Of a stretch of 64,000 nt of DNA, positions 1 through 14,200 are shown piece after piece. A model generated the notes under the pieces. That model was not told where the DNA came from. It saw only the letters and a program-made list of their open reading frames with translations, and made no database searches. Numbering within the stretch: the stretch's first letter is position 1; every line of letters starts with the position of its first letter. This DNA is from Centroscyllium fabricii (taxonomy: Eukaryota). The translations under genes and the position numbers were made by a program. The stretch covers positions 119,846,001 through 119,910,000 of the forward strand of contig JBNRSN020000014.1 in the NCBI GenBank assembly GCA_051313645.2. Reading direction: 5' to 3'.

Positions 1-100
1 AGATTTGAGGTTAAGATCAGATCAGCCATGATCTTGTTGAATGGCGAAGCAGGCTTGAAGGGCCGATTGGCCTACTCCTGTTCCTATTTCTTATGTTCTT
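1..100 (+). mobile_element. CR1 LINE 3' tail
   Basis: gatcagccatgatcttgttgaatggcg..cctactcctgttcct..ttatgttcttatg; same as 35454-35553. Confidence 0.8.
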
Positions 101-313
101 ATGCCAAACTCTCAATCACATCTCCCAGCGTAATTCGAACTTTTACTGACAATGGGGCAGAAATTCCGATGACCGCGGGGCCGCAGTGCGTGAGTAGGGA
201 GCGGGTACACACGCGTGCGGCCCTGGAATTGTAGGTAGACGCCATTTCCCTGGGATACCTGCAATTCTGAAGAAGACCAGCAGGGGGTCGGGAGCTGAAT
301 CGCATTGGCCTGC

Positions 314-377
314 GCACCAGGATGTGCGCAGTGCACACCAGGAGGTGCGCAGTGCACACCAGGAGGTGCACAGTGCA
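314..377 (+). repeat. 21-bp minisatellite x3 (one unit in copy B)
   Basis: caccaggaggtgcgcagtgca repeated; 42-bp offset change between copies. Confidence 0.9.
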
Positions 378-896
378 CGTCCGATTTGTTTCAGAGTTTT
401 TGATCGGGGTAAGTATTGAAGATTTTACACCTCAAAATATCAGCCGTAGCGACCCCTTTTTAGCAGGTAAGTCTTTATTTTATAGAATTTAAGTATTTTG
501 TTAACAGGTTTTTAAAAAAAAATCACTTTAAAGACAGGTAAGTACTTTTTTAGGGCAGTTAAAAACTTTTTTTTAAATGTCAAAATTTTTATTTTTTGTT
601 TAAAATAGGTTATAGTAATGTTAAAAAAGTGATGTTTATTAAAAATTTATTTTACTGTTTAATGTGTTTTTGAGGCTCTTCCTTTTCATAACTTACACAG
701 ATCTCTCTGTTAAAGTTATGAATGGAGGATTCCTTCCATTCATTGGCTCCCCGCGGACCACGTGGTCCCGCGCGAGCTTTCGAACTAACTCCGTCGCTGA
801 GTTGCCTCAGCACGGCGCCTGTGGCCTGGAGCAGCACTACAAATCGGAATTTCAAATCCCAGAATTGGAGAACGGCAGGAGCGCAGGGTAAGTATT

Positions 897-1664
897 GTGG
901 GTTGGTGTGCCGACAACAACCTGGCACTGAACACCAAGAAAACCAAGGAGATCATAGTAGACTTCCAGAGGACTGGAAGCAGAAGACACACCCCCATCTT
1001 CATCCAAGGGGCTGAGGTGGAAAGGGTGTCCAGCTTCAAGTTCCTCGGGGTCCACATCTCGGAAGATCTCTCCTGGTCACTAAACACCTCCTCTCTGGTT
1101 AAGAAGGCCCAACAGCGCCTGTACTTCCTTAGGAAGCTGAGGAAAGCCAGGCTGTCATCCGGCATCCTCTCCAACTTCTACCGCTGCACAATAGAAAGCA
1201 TACTGACAAGCTGCATCACTGTCTGGTATCGTAATTGCACTATCTCGGACCGGAAAACCCTGCAGCGGGTAGTCAAAACTGCCCAACGAATTACCGGTAC
1301 ACAGCTACCATCAATGGAAAGCATCTACCTCAAACGCTGCTTACGGAGGTCTATGAACATTATTAAAGACCCCACACACCCCAGCCACAGTCTGTTCGCC
1401 CCTCTGCCCTCCGGGAGACGCTACAGAGCAATTCGCACCCGCACGACTAGATTTCAGAACAGCTTCTTCCCCAGGGCTGTCAGCCTCCTGAACTCTAAAA
1501 AGAAACTCCGGTACCTGCACGCCTGACAATGAACTTTACTGTATGCAATTTGCATGTAATTTATTTATTTTGTTTGCACTACTCTCGGGAGAGTCGAGTC
1601 TTCGTCTCGTTGTATTGTACTAGTACTCTGCAATGACAATAAAACTTGAATTGAATTGAATTGA
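897..1664 (+). mobile_element. Rex1/Babar LINE 3' fragment
   Basis: 209-aa ORF with NNLALNTKKTKE, FKFLGVHISEDLSW, KAQQRLYFLR, LPSGRRYR; AATAAA then (TTGAA)n tail. Confidence 0.88.
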
Positions 1665-2103
1665 AGTGGACCTCGGAGGCTTGCACACGCAGGAAGCCTC
1701 CGAGGCTAATTTTTGGGCCACTATCAATTCAGTGACTCATGTTTGAAAGGGCATGTGTATTCACTGGGAGACTTTAGCAGAGGGCAGGATTGGCTTCTGC
1801 TGTGATGCTTTCCATAGAGAAATAGCCTGCTCACGTGGCTCACACTCAACGAATAGTTGTTTGGACTGGGTACAGGCCTGTGGCAAATGTACACCAGAAA
1901 TGTTCAATGTTCAAAATTCAGAAGTGATTGAACCGGTGAGAGCATTCTGTCAGCTGTGAAGTTGTTCAACAAGGTGTCTCCTCATCACTGTTTGCTTCAC
2001 AATTGCACTGCACTATGTCGCTTCATAGACTAACTTTGGTTCTGATGTAAATGGTCACAATTCACTCGTCAGGAAACTTGCAATGAAAAGATGCGACACT
2101 TAC

Positions 2104-2231
2104 GTCAAGTTTGAAATTGCCATCAGCTGACTTTCATCCAGAGTACACAAGTTGGCTCCACCAATAGCTTTCAATGAAACTGCGTTTAGAATACCTTCTA
2201 ATTGGAGGTATCTTGTAATGATGGATTTAAC
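2104..2231 (-). CDS. exon e25, downstream module
   Basis: VKSIITRYLQLEG...ISNL then AC|gtaagt; gene continues beyond position 1. Confidence 0.88.
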
Positions 2232-5200
2232 CTGCAGAAGGAATTTTAAAAATTGTTCATACCTCACTGTTACATAGAAGGACGTGTAATTTAAGATGCT
2301 GCTTTATTTGATGCTCGTTTTCCACAAATTTATAACGATGCAATATTTACATAAATTCCAATAATTGCACTATTCTCCTTTTGGAAAATATTTATCAATA
2401 ATCCTTTTAACTGCACATCACATATTGGCCCAGAAATTCAGCTCCCAACGCACGAGTACGGACAGGGTACTCACGCGTAAGCCCAACTAAAGTGCCGGTT
2501 ACGAGCATGCACTGTGCATGCGCGGGAAATGGGCACTCCGTTCCCCTGAATGAAGGGGTTAAGAGATGGAGTGCATTTGCGGGAGCGCCAGCGTGTATGC
2601 ATTGCACTTACAGTTTGTTTGTTTTTTACAGGTTTTTACGTGCGGGTAAGTCTGCAGATTTTACACATGTAAAAAGCACAATGAAACGGCGTTTAGAATA
2701 CCATCTAACTGGAGGTATCTTGTAATAATGGATTTAACCTGCAGAAGGGATTTGAAAATATGTTCATACCTTACTGTTACATAGGACCTATAATTTAAGA
2801 TGCTGCTTTATTTGATGCTCGTTTTCCACAAATTTATAACGACACAATATTTGCATAAAATTCCAATAATTGTGCTATTCTCCTTTTGGAAAATATCCAT
2901 CAATATATTTTTTAATTGCACCTCATATTATTTATCAAATTTCCACTGTACCATTGCCCATTCCCAGCAATTACACACTGTACCCAACTTCCTGCAGCTG
3001 TTTCAAAGCACTGGCCCAAGGTGGTTCCGGTTTCAAGGAAAGACAAAGGGGGCAAAATGGAATCGCGCCCATTTTTGGTGCGCTAACTTCGCTGGGGCGC
3101 TACTTTTAGCACCCCGGAAAAATTAGCACTCCTGCGGCCAAAATTGAGTGGTAGCGCCCCAAGAGGGAAGCGGGGTGCCGCGGTATTGCAGGCCTTCCTC
3201 TCCTTCTTAAAGGAGAAGGGCCATGCATAGAGCGACACCGAGCCCAGTTGGGCCACCGGGGATCGGAGTGCCGGGCTCATGGAGCGCAGCTGGCACTCCG
3301 CGGGGGGGCGGGTCAGGATGCCGCAGACGGTTGCGCAGGCAAGTGCTTGCAGGCGGCCTGCAACAAAAATGGCAGCCCCGCATCTCGCTTTTAAATAGCG
3401 CTGCCCGGCTGCAGGTAGGCCCACCTGACCCCGTCGGACATAGCGTCCGGCAGTAAGACACAGGGGGCGATACCGAAGATCGTGGAAGGGGCGCTGCGCA
3501 CAGTGATGACGTCATCGCCAGTGGCACAGCGCAGCGGGGCGCTAATAGTTACCGCCGCTGTTAACCTCCAGCTGAATTTCGCGGGAGGAGTTGGTGGCGA
3601 CATGCCCGGGCGCGAGTTGCTTTGCGGCCCATTAACGTCCTAACCGTTGGCGCCCTCTTAGGGCGTTAACGGGAGGCACAAAGGAACCGAAATTTTCCCG
3701 CTGAAGGTCTTAAACTTCAGAGAGCAAATTCCACATTTCACTCATGATCAAGTCACATGTCTGCAGATACCAATATTTTCACATTAATATTCTCCTGGTT
3801 TCAGTACCGTTGTGATTTCCAACTGCGGCATCATTAATGCGGAAAGTGTCACAACTTGCGTGATATTCCAGCTGCTGACTTCTGTCGCATTAAACACTGT
3901 GGCTATCCTCCCCAGCAGTTGAATCTGGCTTTCTGGTAGCCCATTGGGATAAATCTGTTTCAGGAAAACCAAAACAATAAAATTCAGTCAATTTGTTAGG
4001 AGTGATCAGCAGTATTCAAATCCAGCTTCAAATTCCTTTTTGGATCTAGAATATTTAGCAACAGATTATTTCCAGATCTGTTCATTAACCCTTGACCTTA
4101 CTGGCTGGAATCTTTACCTTAGAGTCAGGGCGGGAGCGTGCAAACGGCGCAGCGGGTCGCCCTCCCGAAGTTTTCAACAGCGTGTTCTGCACTGAGCGTT
4201 TAACTCAATTACATCAATTGAAACAATCACGTGGGTTTCCTCGGCCAATTAAATGGAGAGCGTCTGATGACGTAACCGATGACTTGCTTTCAGCTCAGGT
4301 ATTTAATGGAGTCTTGCACACATCCCAATTGAAAGTTGTTGGAGGAGGCTTACAGGTGGTTGGGAGTGGTGGCTATTGGTCTATATTGAAGAGATGTGTG
4401 TGGGTGCAAGCAAAGATGGAGCCACAGCGATAGAAGGGTGCGCCCAAGAGAGAACCGGAGGTGGCCCGCCAATATATACTAATTTGACGACTGCAGAGGA
4501 GGCCCTCGAAATAAGTGGCGTGACAGAGCTGCTGGTGGTGGGAGACGGAGAGAGGGGGACCTCCCAGCAACCTGCTAACAGAATTAAATATCCCGCATGA
4601 CATACAACAGTCACTCATGGTGACTAATGTCAGCAGACAGTGAAATATCATCATGTGCATACTGGTAATGTTACACATTCTTATCATAAGTGTTTTATTC
4701 ATGACTTTACTCTCCCACAGGTTCATCAAGAGCACCCACCCCCACTGTCCAACCGGAGGAGGAAGACGACTCTTCAGAGGAAGCTCCATTCTCGGAGGGT
4801 GCACAGTCACCAGACCCATGTGCACTCAGCAGCAGCGCAGATCTACACACATCAGTGGGTCCAGCAGGACATGGAGCAGTGCTGTCACCTGGTGTCTCAT
4901 ACATCTCAAGTGAGCAAGAGCAGATGGTGGAGACAGGGAGAGGAGTGGAGACTCCTCGCTGGAGGGCGCATCACGCTCCAACCTCTGCTCAGCTGGATGC
5001 AGATGCTGAACCTCGGGGGCTTTTCCAGCCACGATCGGTGCGATTGTAGAGAATGGAGAAATCCATCTCTAACATGAGCACCACCATATCACAGGCGATG
5101 GCAACAAAGTGCTGTTCCATGGAAAGGATGGCCTCCTGCATGGAGCAGCTCAGGTGCCAGTCGAATGTGAACAACAGATTGCAGTCTCTCACTGACTTCA

Positions 5201-8200
5201 TCTTTAGGAGGGATACCAACATAGACTTAGACCTTCATTGCCCCACTGCGATGTCCAGTTCCATGCAAGCAGGGAAGTGTAGGTGGCCCATGAGAGGGAT
5301 GATGTTGAGAGGGGTCTTGGAATTGGGGGCTCTGCGCAAAGTGCTCCCACTTCTCCACCACTGACTCCCCCTCAGGCAGAGCCCCACACGCTGCTTCGGA
5401 TCCCGATGGCTGAGTCTGCCCTTGCACAGGTGCAGGAGGAGCAGTCTTTGCCAGGGCCCTCACAGGCCCTAAAACCCAGAGGACATCCATCAAAAGTGTC
5501 GAAGCAGTCACAGCAGAGAAGTAGCAGCCTGCCTCTACCTATTCCCTGGCTGTGGCAGGAAAAGAGCATCCAGAGAAACCAAGAGGGCATAGCTGGAGGG
5601 TGTCTTCCGAAGTTGCTGAAGCCACAGGGGTTGCACCTCGTAGAAGCACTCGGAAAAGAAAAAAGACACAATCGTAGATGCACATGCGTGTTTGACAAAA
5701 TGTTGGTGGTTAAGTTTCACTTCTATTTATGATGCACATAAATTTATTTATTTGCACTACTTTCCCATCTTGTCCATTTTTGCCTGCTACCTGGGAAGTG
5801 GCTGGGTCACCTGAAGTGAATGATGAGACATTACTTAACCTTGAGCAATGAGGGTATGGTTGACATGAATGGTTTGGTCCTTTTAGGACTGCTTTGTGGT
5901 GTTGGTGGGCGGCAGGGGGAGAGAAGTTGGTACAGAATCTGGGAGTCAGATGGTGCACTGGTACAACTTAAGTAAATCGGGCCATTATGAGGCCATCTCC
6001 ACTTCCGGTTCCTTCTCCTCCACCTCGCGTTCCAACTGTTCCTCCTCCTTCGAAGAGGCTGTTCTCTCTGCGCCTTGCTCCTCCTGCAGCGAGCATTTAG
6101 GGAGTGGAAGACTTCCGGTTCACAAACACTCCTGGGTGACATGCGGTTGCCTTGCTAGCCACATATGAGCAGCCAGAGCCGCAACACCGAGCACCCGCTC
6201 AGTAACACTAGCTTCATCAGTGACGACATTTACATACGAGGCTTACGTGTGAAACATGGCATCGGTCTCCTGGGTGATGCATTTGTGGGTGGCCGTCTGA
6301 GAGATCCTGCAAATGTCTGCTGCAGATCCTGGAAAAAGCCTGAGGCGAAGAAGTTGAGGGTGGTGGTGACTTTGACAACCACTGGTAAGGCATGTTCACC
6401 AGGCCCTCTGGGCAGCAGGTCATCTTCCAGCAAGTTACAAATGTCTGCAACGATCTGGCATGATAGCCTGAGCCTCCTGAAGCACTGCCGTTCAATCATG
6501 TCCAGGATGCTCATCTTCTGTCTGTATACCCTGCGTTGAGGGTATAGCCTTCGGCGCGGTGCACCCCTGTGCTGATCCCCTCTTTCATGTGGAGCATCAG
6601 GTCGATGAAGAGAAGGCTGCTGGTGTCGTTGCCGTTGGGGCTCATTTTGGTCCAAATCCGAGTTCCAAGGTGAGACTGCATAACTGGCACCCATGCAGAT
6701 CTGATAGATGCCAGGTAAAGTGGAGATCAGAATTCTCCAATGAAGTGAGAGTGACTTGTAATGTGGGGAGGGTGTCTTCCGAAGTTGCAGAAATCACCTG
6801 CAAACTCCTGAAAGCAAAATCTCTGCACAAAATCGTGTCATCAAGTGGGAGTAAGCCAATGATTGGTCCAGTGAGGATCCTTAGGTTTTGAATGATTGTA
6901 AGGGAACAAGAAGGCAGTCCCGACAACCACAAAGGGTGGAAGATTTCAGGAAGAATCCAGGGGACACCAGAGAGACAAGTGACAAAAGGCACAGGGTGCG
7001 GCCGAGTTACAGTCATGACTTTGACCCAGAGCATAACGGGGTAATGTAAGTCTCAATTATACTCTGTAAACTGCTCTAATACTAAGGTATAAAGCCTTGC
7101 TTGTGTTGAATAAAGTTAAATCACTGTCACCGATACGGGTCAACTTCGAACCTTTTGCAATCAGGGTGCCTCTGGGTCACTTATCTCATAGCTATTTCTG
7201 ATACCTTCCTTTGTGCAAAGTGGTTGTCACATTCCTCTCTATTATAACATCACGGCAATTAAAAAATTGCTTCATTTCCTGTGAAGCACTGTGGGATGGC
7301 CTGAGGCAGTGAAAGGCACTATATAAATGCAAGTACAAAAGCAAAATATCACAGATGCTGGAAATCTGAAATAAAAATGGAAAATGTTGTAAATACACAG
7401 CAGGTCAGGCAGGATCATTGGAGAGACAAAAAGAGTTAATGGTTCAGGTGGATGACCTTTTGACGAACCCGACCTGCTGAGTATTTGCTGCATTTTCTGT
7501 TTTTAGATAAATGCTAATTTCTTCTTTCTCTCTTTTCATACCTGTAATAGTCTCTTTTTCAGAACTTCCAGCTGAGTAGAATCAAAGGCAAGAGATCCCA
7601 GTTGGAGGACATTGTTTTTCAGCACAAGTTTACTCAAACAGAGGTCTAACTGGGCGGCATCATAGATTGCAGGTGTCAGGTCATTAATGGCTTCTGCTGC
7701 TATCGGTCCCTCTGTACAGACTGGAAACAAAACCTTCTATTAGTTATAATACTTCAGTTTGCTGGTAAACATGCTCTCAAAATATCAAAAATGACCATTT
7801 AATCAAAGCCATTCCTGGATTACTGAATTGCCGGTGAAAGGTAACACTGGTGAAATTATAGATCTGCAATTGAAAAAGAATATTTTAGCATCACTTTGCT
7901 ATTTTCAGCATAGTGACCTTACTCTGTCACCCGCAGAACAATGGACACTCAACACAAAGCTATATGGGTTGCGGGACAAGTAAGCAAACTGCACGTGTCC
8001 ATCAAGATCCTCTTGTTCCATTGTTGCTCATGAACAATGTTCCCGCTAAGGTGCCCGTGCACACGGCCGCACAGTAATCTGAAAGGTTATATTGTAAATA
8101 CCGCACATGCACACAAACTTCAAGGGACTCCGCATTAAAAGAAGAAGGCCGCGCAAAACAAAGCGCAGATTCCAGGGAACATTGCTCATGAACTGAGGCT

Positions 8201-11200
8201 GCATCATATTCATAAATGAAGGACAGTCCTGTCCTTTCACTGATGACTTATGCTCTACATACATAATGGTGCTTCTCCTGCAGCATCCTGGAACTCCCTC
8301 GCTAACATGCACTGCGGGAGTACCTTCACCACACAGGCTGCAGCAGTTCAAGAAGAAGGTTCACCTTCTCAGGGGCAACTAGCGAGGAGCAATAAATGCT
8401 GGGCTTGGCAGCGACGCCCACATCCCAAGAATGAATATAGAATAATATGAATTACATACTTGCTGTATTGTTTGATCTTCCTCGTAAATTGAGCTGATTT
8501 ATGAATAACAGCAGGTCACTTGGGGGTTGCAATCTTTTTGCTTTTTTAATAAATCTTGGGAGAGCTTCATTAAGGACAACCTGCATGGGACAAAATGAGA
8601 AAAGCTGAAGAATGTCACAGAAAGAATATCTGATTTCATACAGTTCCTGATTTGCCTGCGGTAACATTTGCAAGAAAACATATTTCACCAACGAAAACAT
8701 TTGCTGGAAAACATTAGTGCTAGTGCTATACTGGAAAGAATGGTGCTTGCAGGACAAAGGGACGATTGCCATGCAATTCACAAGCCCACCCTCCAACATC
8801 TAATTCAATGTAAGCCTCCAGTGCTAAGCATGTTTGAAAAAGAACACAACCACAGGTAAAAGGAGCTCTGCGTAGAGTTCTCAATGAGCCTCACCAGATT
8901 CTAAGAAATCTACAATGATTTAGAAACCAACACATTTTCAGATTCAATTTTGGGCCTCCAAATATAGGGTTCAACAAAACCACCACAACCATATTATAGG
9001 TCAGTGACAAACTGCCCAGTATCATCGTCCACGTTAATGAAGTTACCATGCATGTCATTGTGATTTCAAACTGGAACTCATTTTTATGTGGATGCAAATG
9101 TTTTGATCAAATAAAAAGTGAAAACATATCTTCATCACGTGGGATTTGGGTCACTTAGTGTTTCTCAAGAACAGGTTTTAACTGAAGAGTGTATTATAGT
9201 CCAACCAAGATATTCAGTGGGGTTATTGTCTCACAAATTTAGCTATCTGAATCAATTTTAAACCAAGTAAAGCATACCCTGTTTACTTGGGTCCATGTTT
9301 CGGTCAAAGCCAACGGAAGATTTCCTAGATCGCGTATTGTAGATGACGACCAAGATGAAGGAACACTACAGAAAAAGAAGACGCTCTGAGTTAAGAATAC
9401 ATTCCTATAACTGCCACCTTAAAAATACAACTGATAAGTACCGTCTGTGTTTCAACAGCAAATAATCTGCAACGGATATCCTCTAAAAATTCATGCTCCA
9501 GCTTTTCTGAATTACACTGAGCAATTTTAAAATCCCATGCCTAACACCCAAAAGTCACCGTACTTTCAAAATCATTCCCATGAAAATATACACAGAATTT
9601 TCCAACTGAGATGTGGAGGAAGGAAAAACTTGAAAATTAAGAACCCTTTTCTCACACACTTACAACTACCTTTCTTCTGGCCACAGGCTGCTAGAGCAGT
9701 CAGTAGAGTGCTTAGGAATATGGTAATTGCAAAACAAAAAAAGACCAAGGTTCATCTTGTTCACCTTCTACCATCCTGCAAGTTGCAAGATACAATGATA
9801 TGGAGTTGTTGACTAATCATGGCGATCAATCTCTATCAATTAGTCTGCAACAAATCCAGACATCAGGTGAGGAAAGCCCCAGTGGTGGAAAGCTTTGGGA
9901 ACCATAGGTCCACAGTTACTTGTTCTCCCAAGTATGCACGCACCTCTCCTTGCTCGACCAAGGCAGATTTCAGGCCCAAGTCTGCTGTTATTTCAATTCA
10001 CTTGCTTCTACTACGGTATACATGGGGATTGTTGTGTAGACAGTATCCACATTCCCCTTAGAAAGTTCACAGTATTACACGAAGCAATGAAGCATGAAAA
10101 TAAGAGACTCTGGTGTCATCTGTAAGGAAATACGTGAACATTTCACACTCACCCGTATTTGCTGGCTCCACTCTGAAGTAGAACTTCAATTGCTCTCTTC
10201 TGATCCTCTCTGTAGGAAATGCAATTCTTTAATGCATCCAAAATGGAAATATCAGATTCGGTGATAATGGATCCCTCGAGGTCACAGACCAAAACACCCA
10301 GTACGGTCACACTTTCCTTCGTCAGATTTCTGCCAGAAATTCGCTGAATTTTGGCAAAATGATCAACATTAATTCAGCAGTACAATAATTCTTTGCACAC
10401 AAATGAAACTCAGTTCATCTTTACCATTTGAAGACGACAACAGTGGCATGAAATAACAGTGTCAAAATTCATCAATATTATCAAGAAAATTAGAAATATT
10501 CATTTGGCCATGGACTTCATTTTAAACTCAGATTACAGCTTCAGCTGAATGGATCCCAAAATATTTTGCCACTGATCAACAGTGCAACATTCAGTCCATT
10601 TCACCACTTTAACTGGGCAATTCAGATACAAAACTTTCTACTCTAACCTAGTATAATGGGAGTGAAGCGTAAGTAAGGAAAGTGTTTGAAATCCCCAGAA
10701 ATCTTTGGAAGTGCAGTCAATGTTGTTTTGTAGGCAAAATTTGAAGCCAATTTACACACAGCCAGGTCACACAAACAGGCAGAAAGGCCTCATGTGAAAG
10801 ACAGCACATCCCACAATACAGCACTAACTGTCTGTACAGATTATGTGTTCATGTACTGAAGTGGGACTTTAACTGACAACTTTCTGATACACAGCTAAGA
10901 GTGTTACCGTTCAGCCAAACAAACAATTTTGTGGTTGGCAGGTTCAAGATGAAACAGGATGCAACATATACACTTAACGAAGCATGTTTCAGAAATGTTT
11001 TATTTCAGGCTGGGACTCTCAAAGGAAGGGACTATTTCCAGTTGTCTATCAGTATATTAAAAAGCTTAGAAATCATATGATGTTCCATATCATGATAGTA
11101 ATGCTTACTTTGTAAGCACAGCCGACTGCATTTGTGGTTACTAAAGAGATTTTATTGCACTGATCTAATGACCTAACAGCCTTTACTCATTCCTACATTC

Positions 11201-14200
11201 TCAAATTCTTATATTCTAACCAATGTATCAATGATCAAAACTCAAAGCAAATACTGACCATTTTGGAAAGGAGGTAGCTGTGGTAATTAGAGCGAAGAAA
11301 CATCCCAAAGTCGTCCACCCCCTAAGCCTGGGCACTGAGGACAAATGTCACATCCAGGCCACTGGACCTGGTGTCCAGTAATTGAGTTATTATCAGTTTA
11401 TTGTGACCATATCAACACTTCGGTTCGTATTGGCCCTTGAAGGACCAACTCACTTGGCATCCTAATACAAAAGGTGGAATGGTGAGACATTCCTTATAAT
11501 CATACATTGTGCCAATGTGTGATTGGTTAGAGGAGTGATGCTCCTTTTCACAATCAGTGCTGTCCATGATGCTGGTTTTATTAATCCCTAGCTTGTACCT
11601 GCTGAGCACTTTATCCTTACCAAACAGGTTCTGGCATCATTCAACATATTTCGTCGTCTTGCTGATCGTTTCCCTAAGATATTAATGTTTGATTTCCCAA
11701 CTAATTTGAAGAATGTCTGGCAGTTGGAGGATCTCCTGAAGTGTGCGGAGCTACAAAGTGAAACAGGAGATAGGTTCAGATTATATTAAGGAGGATGACC
11801 AGATTGATTGGTGACTTCCATAGTCCCAATTGTCTCTCCTTTTCTCCCTTCTTCTACTCAAGGTGCACACAGTCAAAGAATTTCACACACATACAAACAC
11901 ACGCACACACTTCCCAGATGGATATCAGTGTGAGATCCCCAAGTCTTCCACCTCTGGGCATTGAGGACAATTGTCACAGCCATACCACTGCCTTCACATC
12001 ATCTCATTTTGTAACATTAATTTATGGATTATATGCACAATGAAAGAGTTAAATATTAGAATTTTAAAAGCTTGTTGGTTGAGTCAAACTCAAACTAAAC
12101 AACATTCTATGCTGTTCTTTTGTTTCCTCCTGAATCATTCTCGAGTTACTTTTTCAATAGATGCCCCAGAGGCATATACCCTTGACATCAAACATCATTC
12201 ACAAACACAGGTAAAATAGAGGGAGGTGGTGACCTGCTCCTGGCTGCTGAGTGTAGTAGATCGCGTTAATCTCACCTCTAATTTTCCTCCCTTATAAAAT
12301 CATAGAATAGTACAGCACAGAAGGAGGCCATTCGGCCCATCGGGTCTGTGCCGGCTCTTTTGAGGAATAATCCGTTAGTCCCACTCTCCCGCTCTTTCCC
12401 CATAGCCATGCTTTATTTTCTCCTTCAAGTATTTATCTAATTCCCTTTTGAAATCTATTCAATTTGAATGCCCCACCCTATCAGGCAGTTATATCCCAAA
12501 GGCAGTTACAAGTTAAAGCGCTCATGGGTCCTTACGGATTTCATTATCAAAGCTCTTTTCAACAAAACAATTGAGGAAAATGTCGATAAAATAGAACATA
12601 CTTGAAGAACAGCAGAACATCCACAGGGAAGGTGTCTATGGCTAATCGCGTTCCATTAGAAGTTAGTCTAGCAGCCATACAGTCCAGCTGAAAAGAGAGG
12701 CCACAAATTCAGGTTGTGAACAGAAAGATAAAAACCTACATTCGTTGGTGATGTTCCTCAGGACACCCCATTTTCTTTTGTTGTAAATGGCTTTCTCTGA
12801 ATTTGGTGAGCAGTTGATTATAGAAAGTTTTGCCAAATCACAACAACCAACATTTCACCTCCATACAAACTGTAACTTACGACTCGACTCAGCTACATTT
12901 CAGAATTAAAATCATTTTCACTCACATTTTCGTCCTCGGGAATTTGACATGTATCTACAGGAAACAGTATCCCCCGGGTGCTCCGGTTTCCTCCCACAGT
13001 CCAAAGATGTGCGGGTTAGGTTGATTGGCCATGATAAATTGACCCTTAGTGTTAGGGGGATTTAATATGTGGGGTTACGGGGACAGGGTGGGATATGTGT
13101 CGGTGTAGGCTCGATAGGGATCGAGGGATATGGGGAGAGGGCAGGGGCGGGGTACTGGGTTTGGATGGGACCGGCGTGGTGCTGGTTTATCAAAAAGTCA
13201 GGATTACAGAGGTATTGTTAAAAGGTACAAGAGGCCATAAACTCAGGCTTCCCTGTTGCTTAGCAACAGCTTCAAGAACAAATCCAGGCTTCCCTATTGC
13301 TTAGCAACAGGTGCAGGAACCCGATTACACAGCCACAGATCCAGGAACCGCCATTAATATGCAGTAAAACTCACTTGAACCTACTCCTGAATTTTGCCGG
13401 TTAATAGAGAATTCAGGATATTTAGGTGCCGTTTAAACGAGAGTTTACTGTACTTGAATATCAAGTCGGGGAGCTATCACACATTTTGTTAACTCAAGTC
13501 AATCTTGCAGTTAGATAGTGGAATGGGCATCTTACACGGTCAACTGTCCATGCTGTAAGATTCTGTACTTCAGTCATTTGGTCAATGTTGACCATAGCCA
13601 TTTTGTCATGTTCTACCCTAGTCCTGATATTACAGGGTAGATTTAACAAATTTGTGCTCCTGGCACTGACCCTTGGTGCTCGGAGTACATATCATGAATT
13701 AGAGCGTGGAGGTCATTGAGTCCCATAGGATTTTCCATTCATTAAAATTTATTTGCAAAATACACTCTGTTACTTTTACATTTAAGAACATAAGAAATAG
13801 GAGCAGGAGTAGGCCATTCGGCCCTTCAAGCACGCTCCGCCATTCAATGAGATCATGGCTAAACTTCTGCTTCAACTCCATTCACCGACCCTATCGCCAT
13901 ATTCTTTGATGCCCTTACTAGTCAGAAATCTATCGACTTCTGTTTTGAATATACCAAATGACTGAGCCTCCACAGCCCTCTGGGGTAGAGAATTCCACAG
14001 ATTCACCACCCTCTATGTGAAGAAATATCTTCTCAACTCAGTCCTGAATGGCCTACCCTTGATCCTGAGGCTGTGGCCCCTGCCAAGGGGAACATTCTCC
14101 CAGCATCCATCCCATCAAAGCCCTGTAATGATTTTGTATGCTTCAATGAGATCCCCTCTCATTATTCTGAATTCATGACAATACAGGCCTAGTTTACTCA

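Larger units (their letters stand above)
154..1719. mobile_element. GC-rich MITE-like element hosting a nested Rex1 insertion (copy B about 35607-37143)
   Basis: Imperfect inverted ends GGGGCAGAAATT / AATTTTTGGGCC; CpG-rich arms. Confidence 0.5.

Noticed and set aside
314-377. CRISPR-like array
   Set aside because: Head-to-tail repeats with no spacers, in a vertebrate genome.
6230-6694. Domesticated HARBI1 gene
   Set aside because: Frameshifts, stops and a missing catalytic core; largely deleted in copy B.
11640-11675. KRSARRR as a furin site
   Set aside because: Aligns to a basic, probably helical stretch of the mesothelin N-terminal region and gives only a minimal R-X-X-R match.
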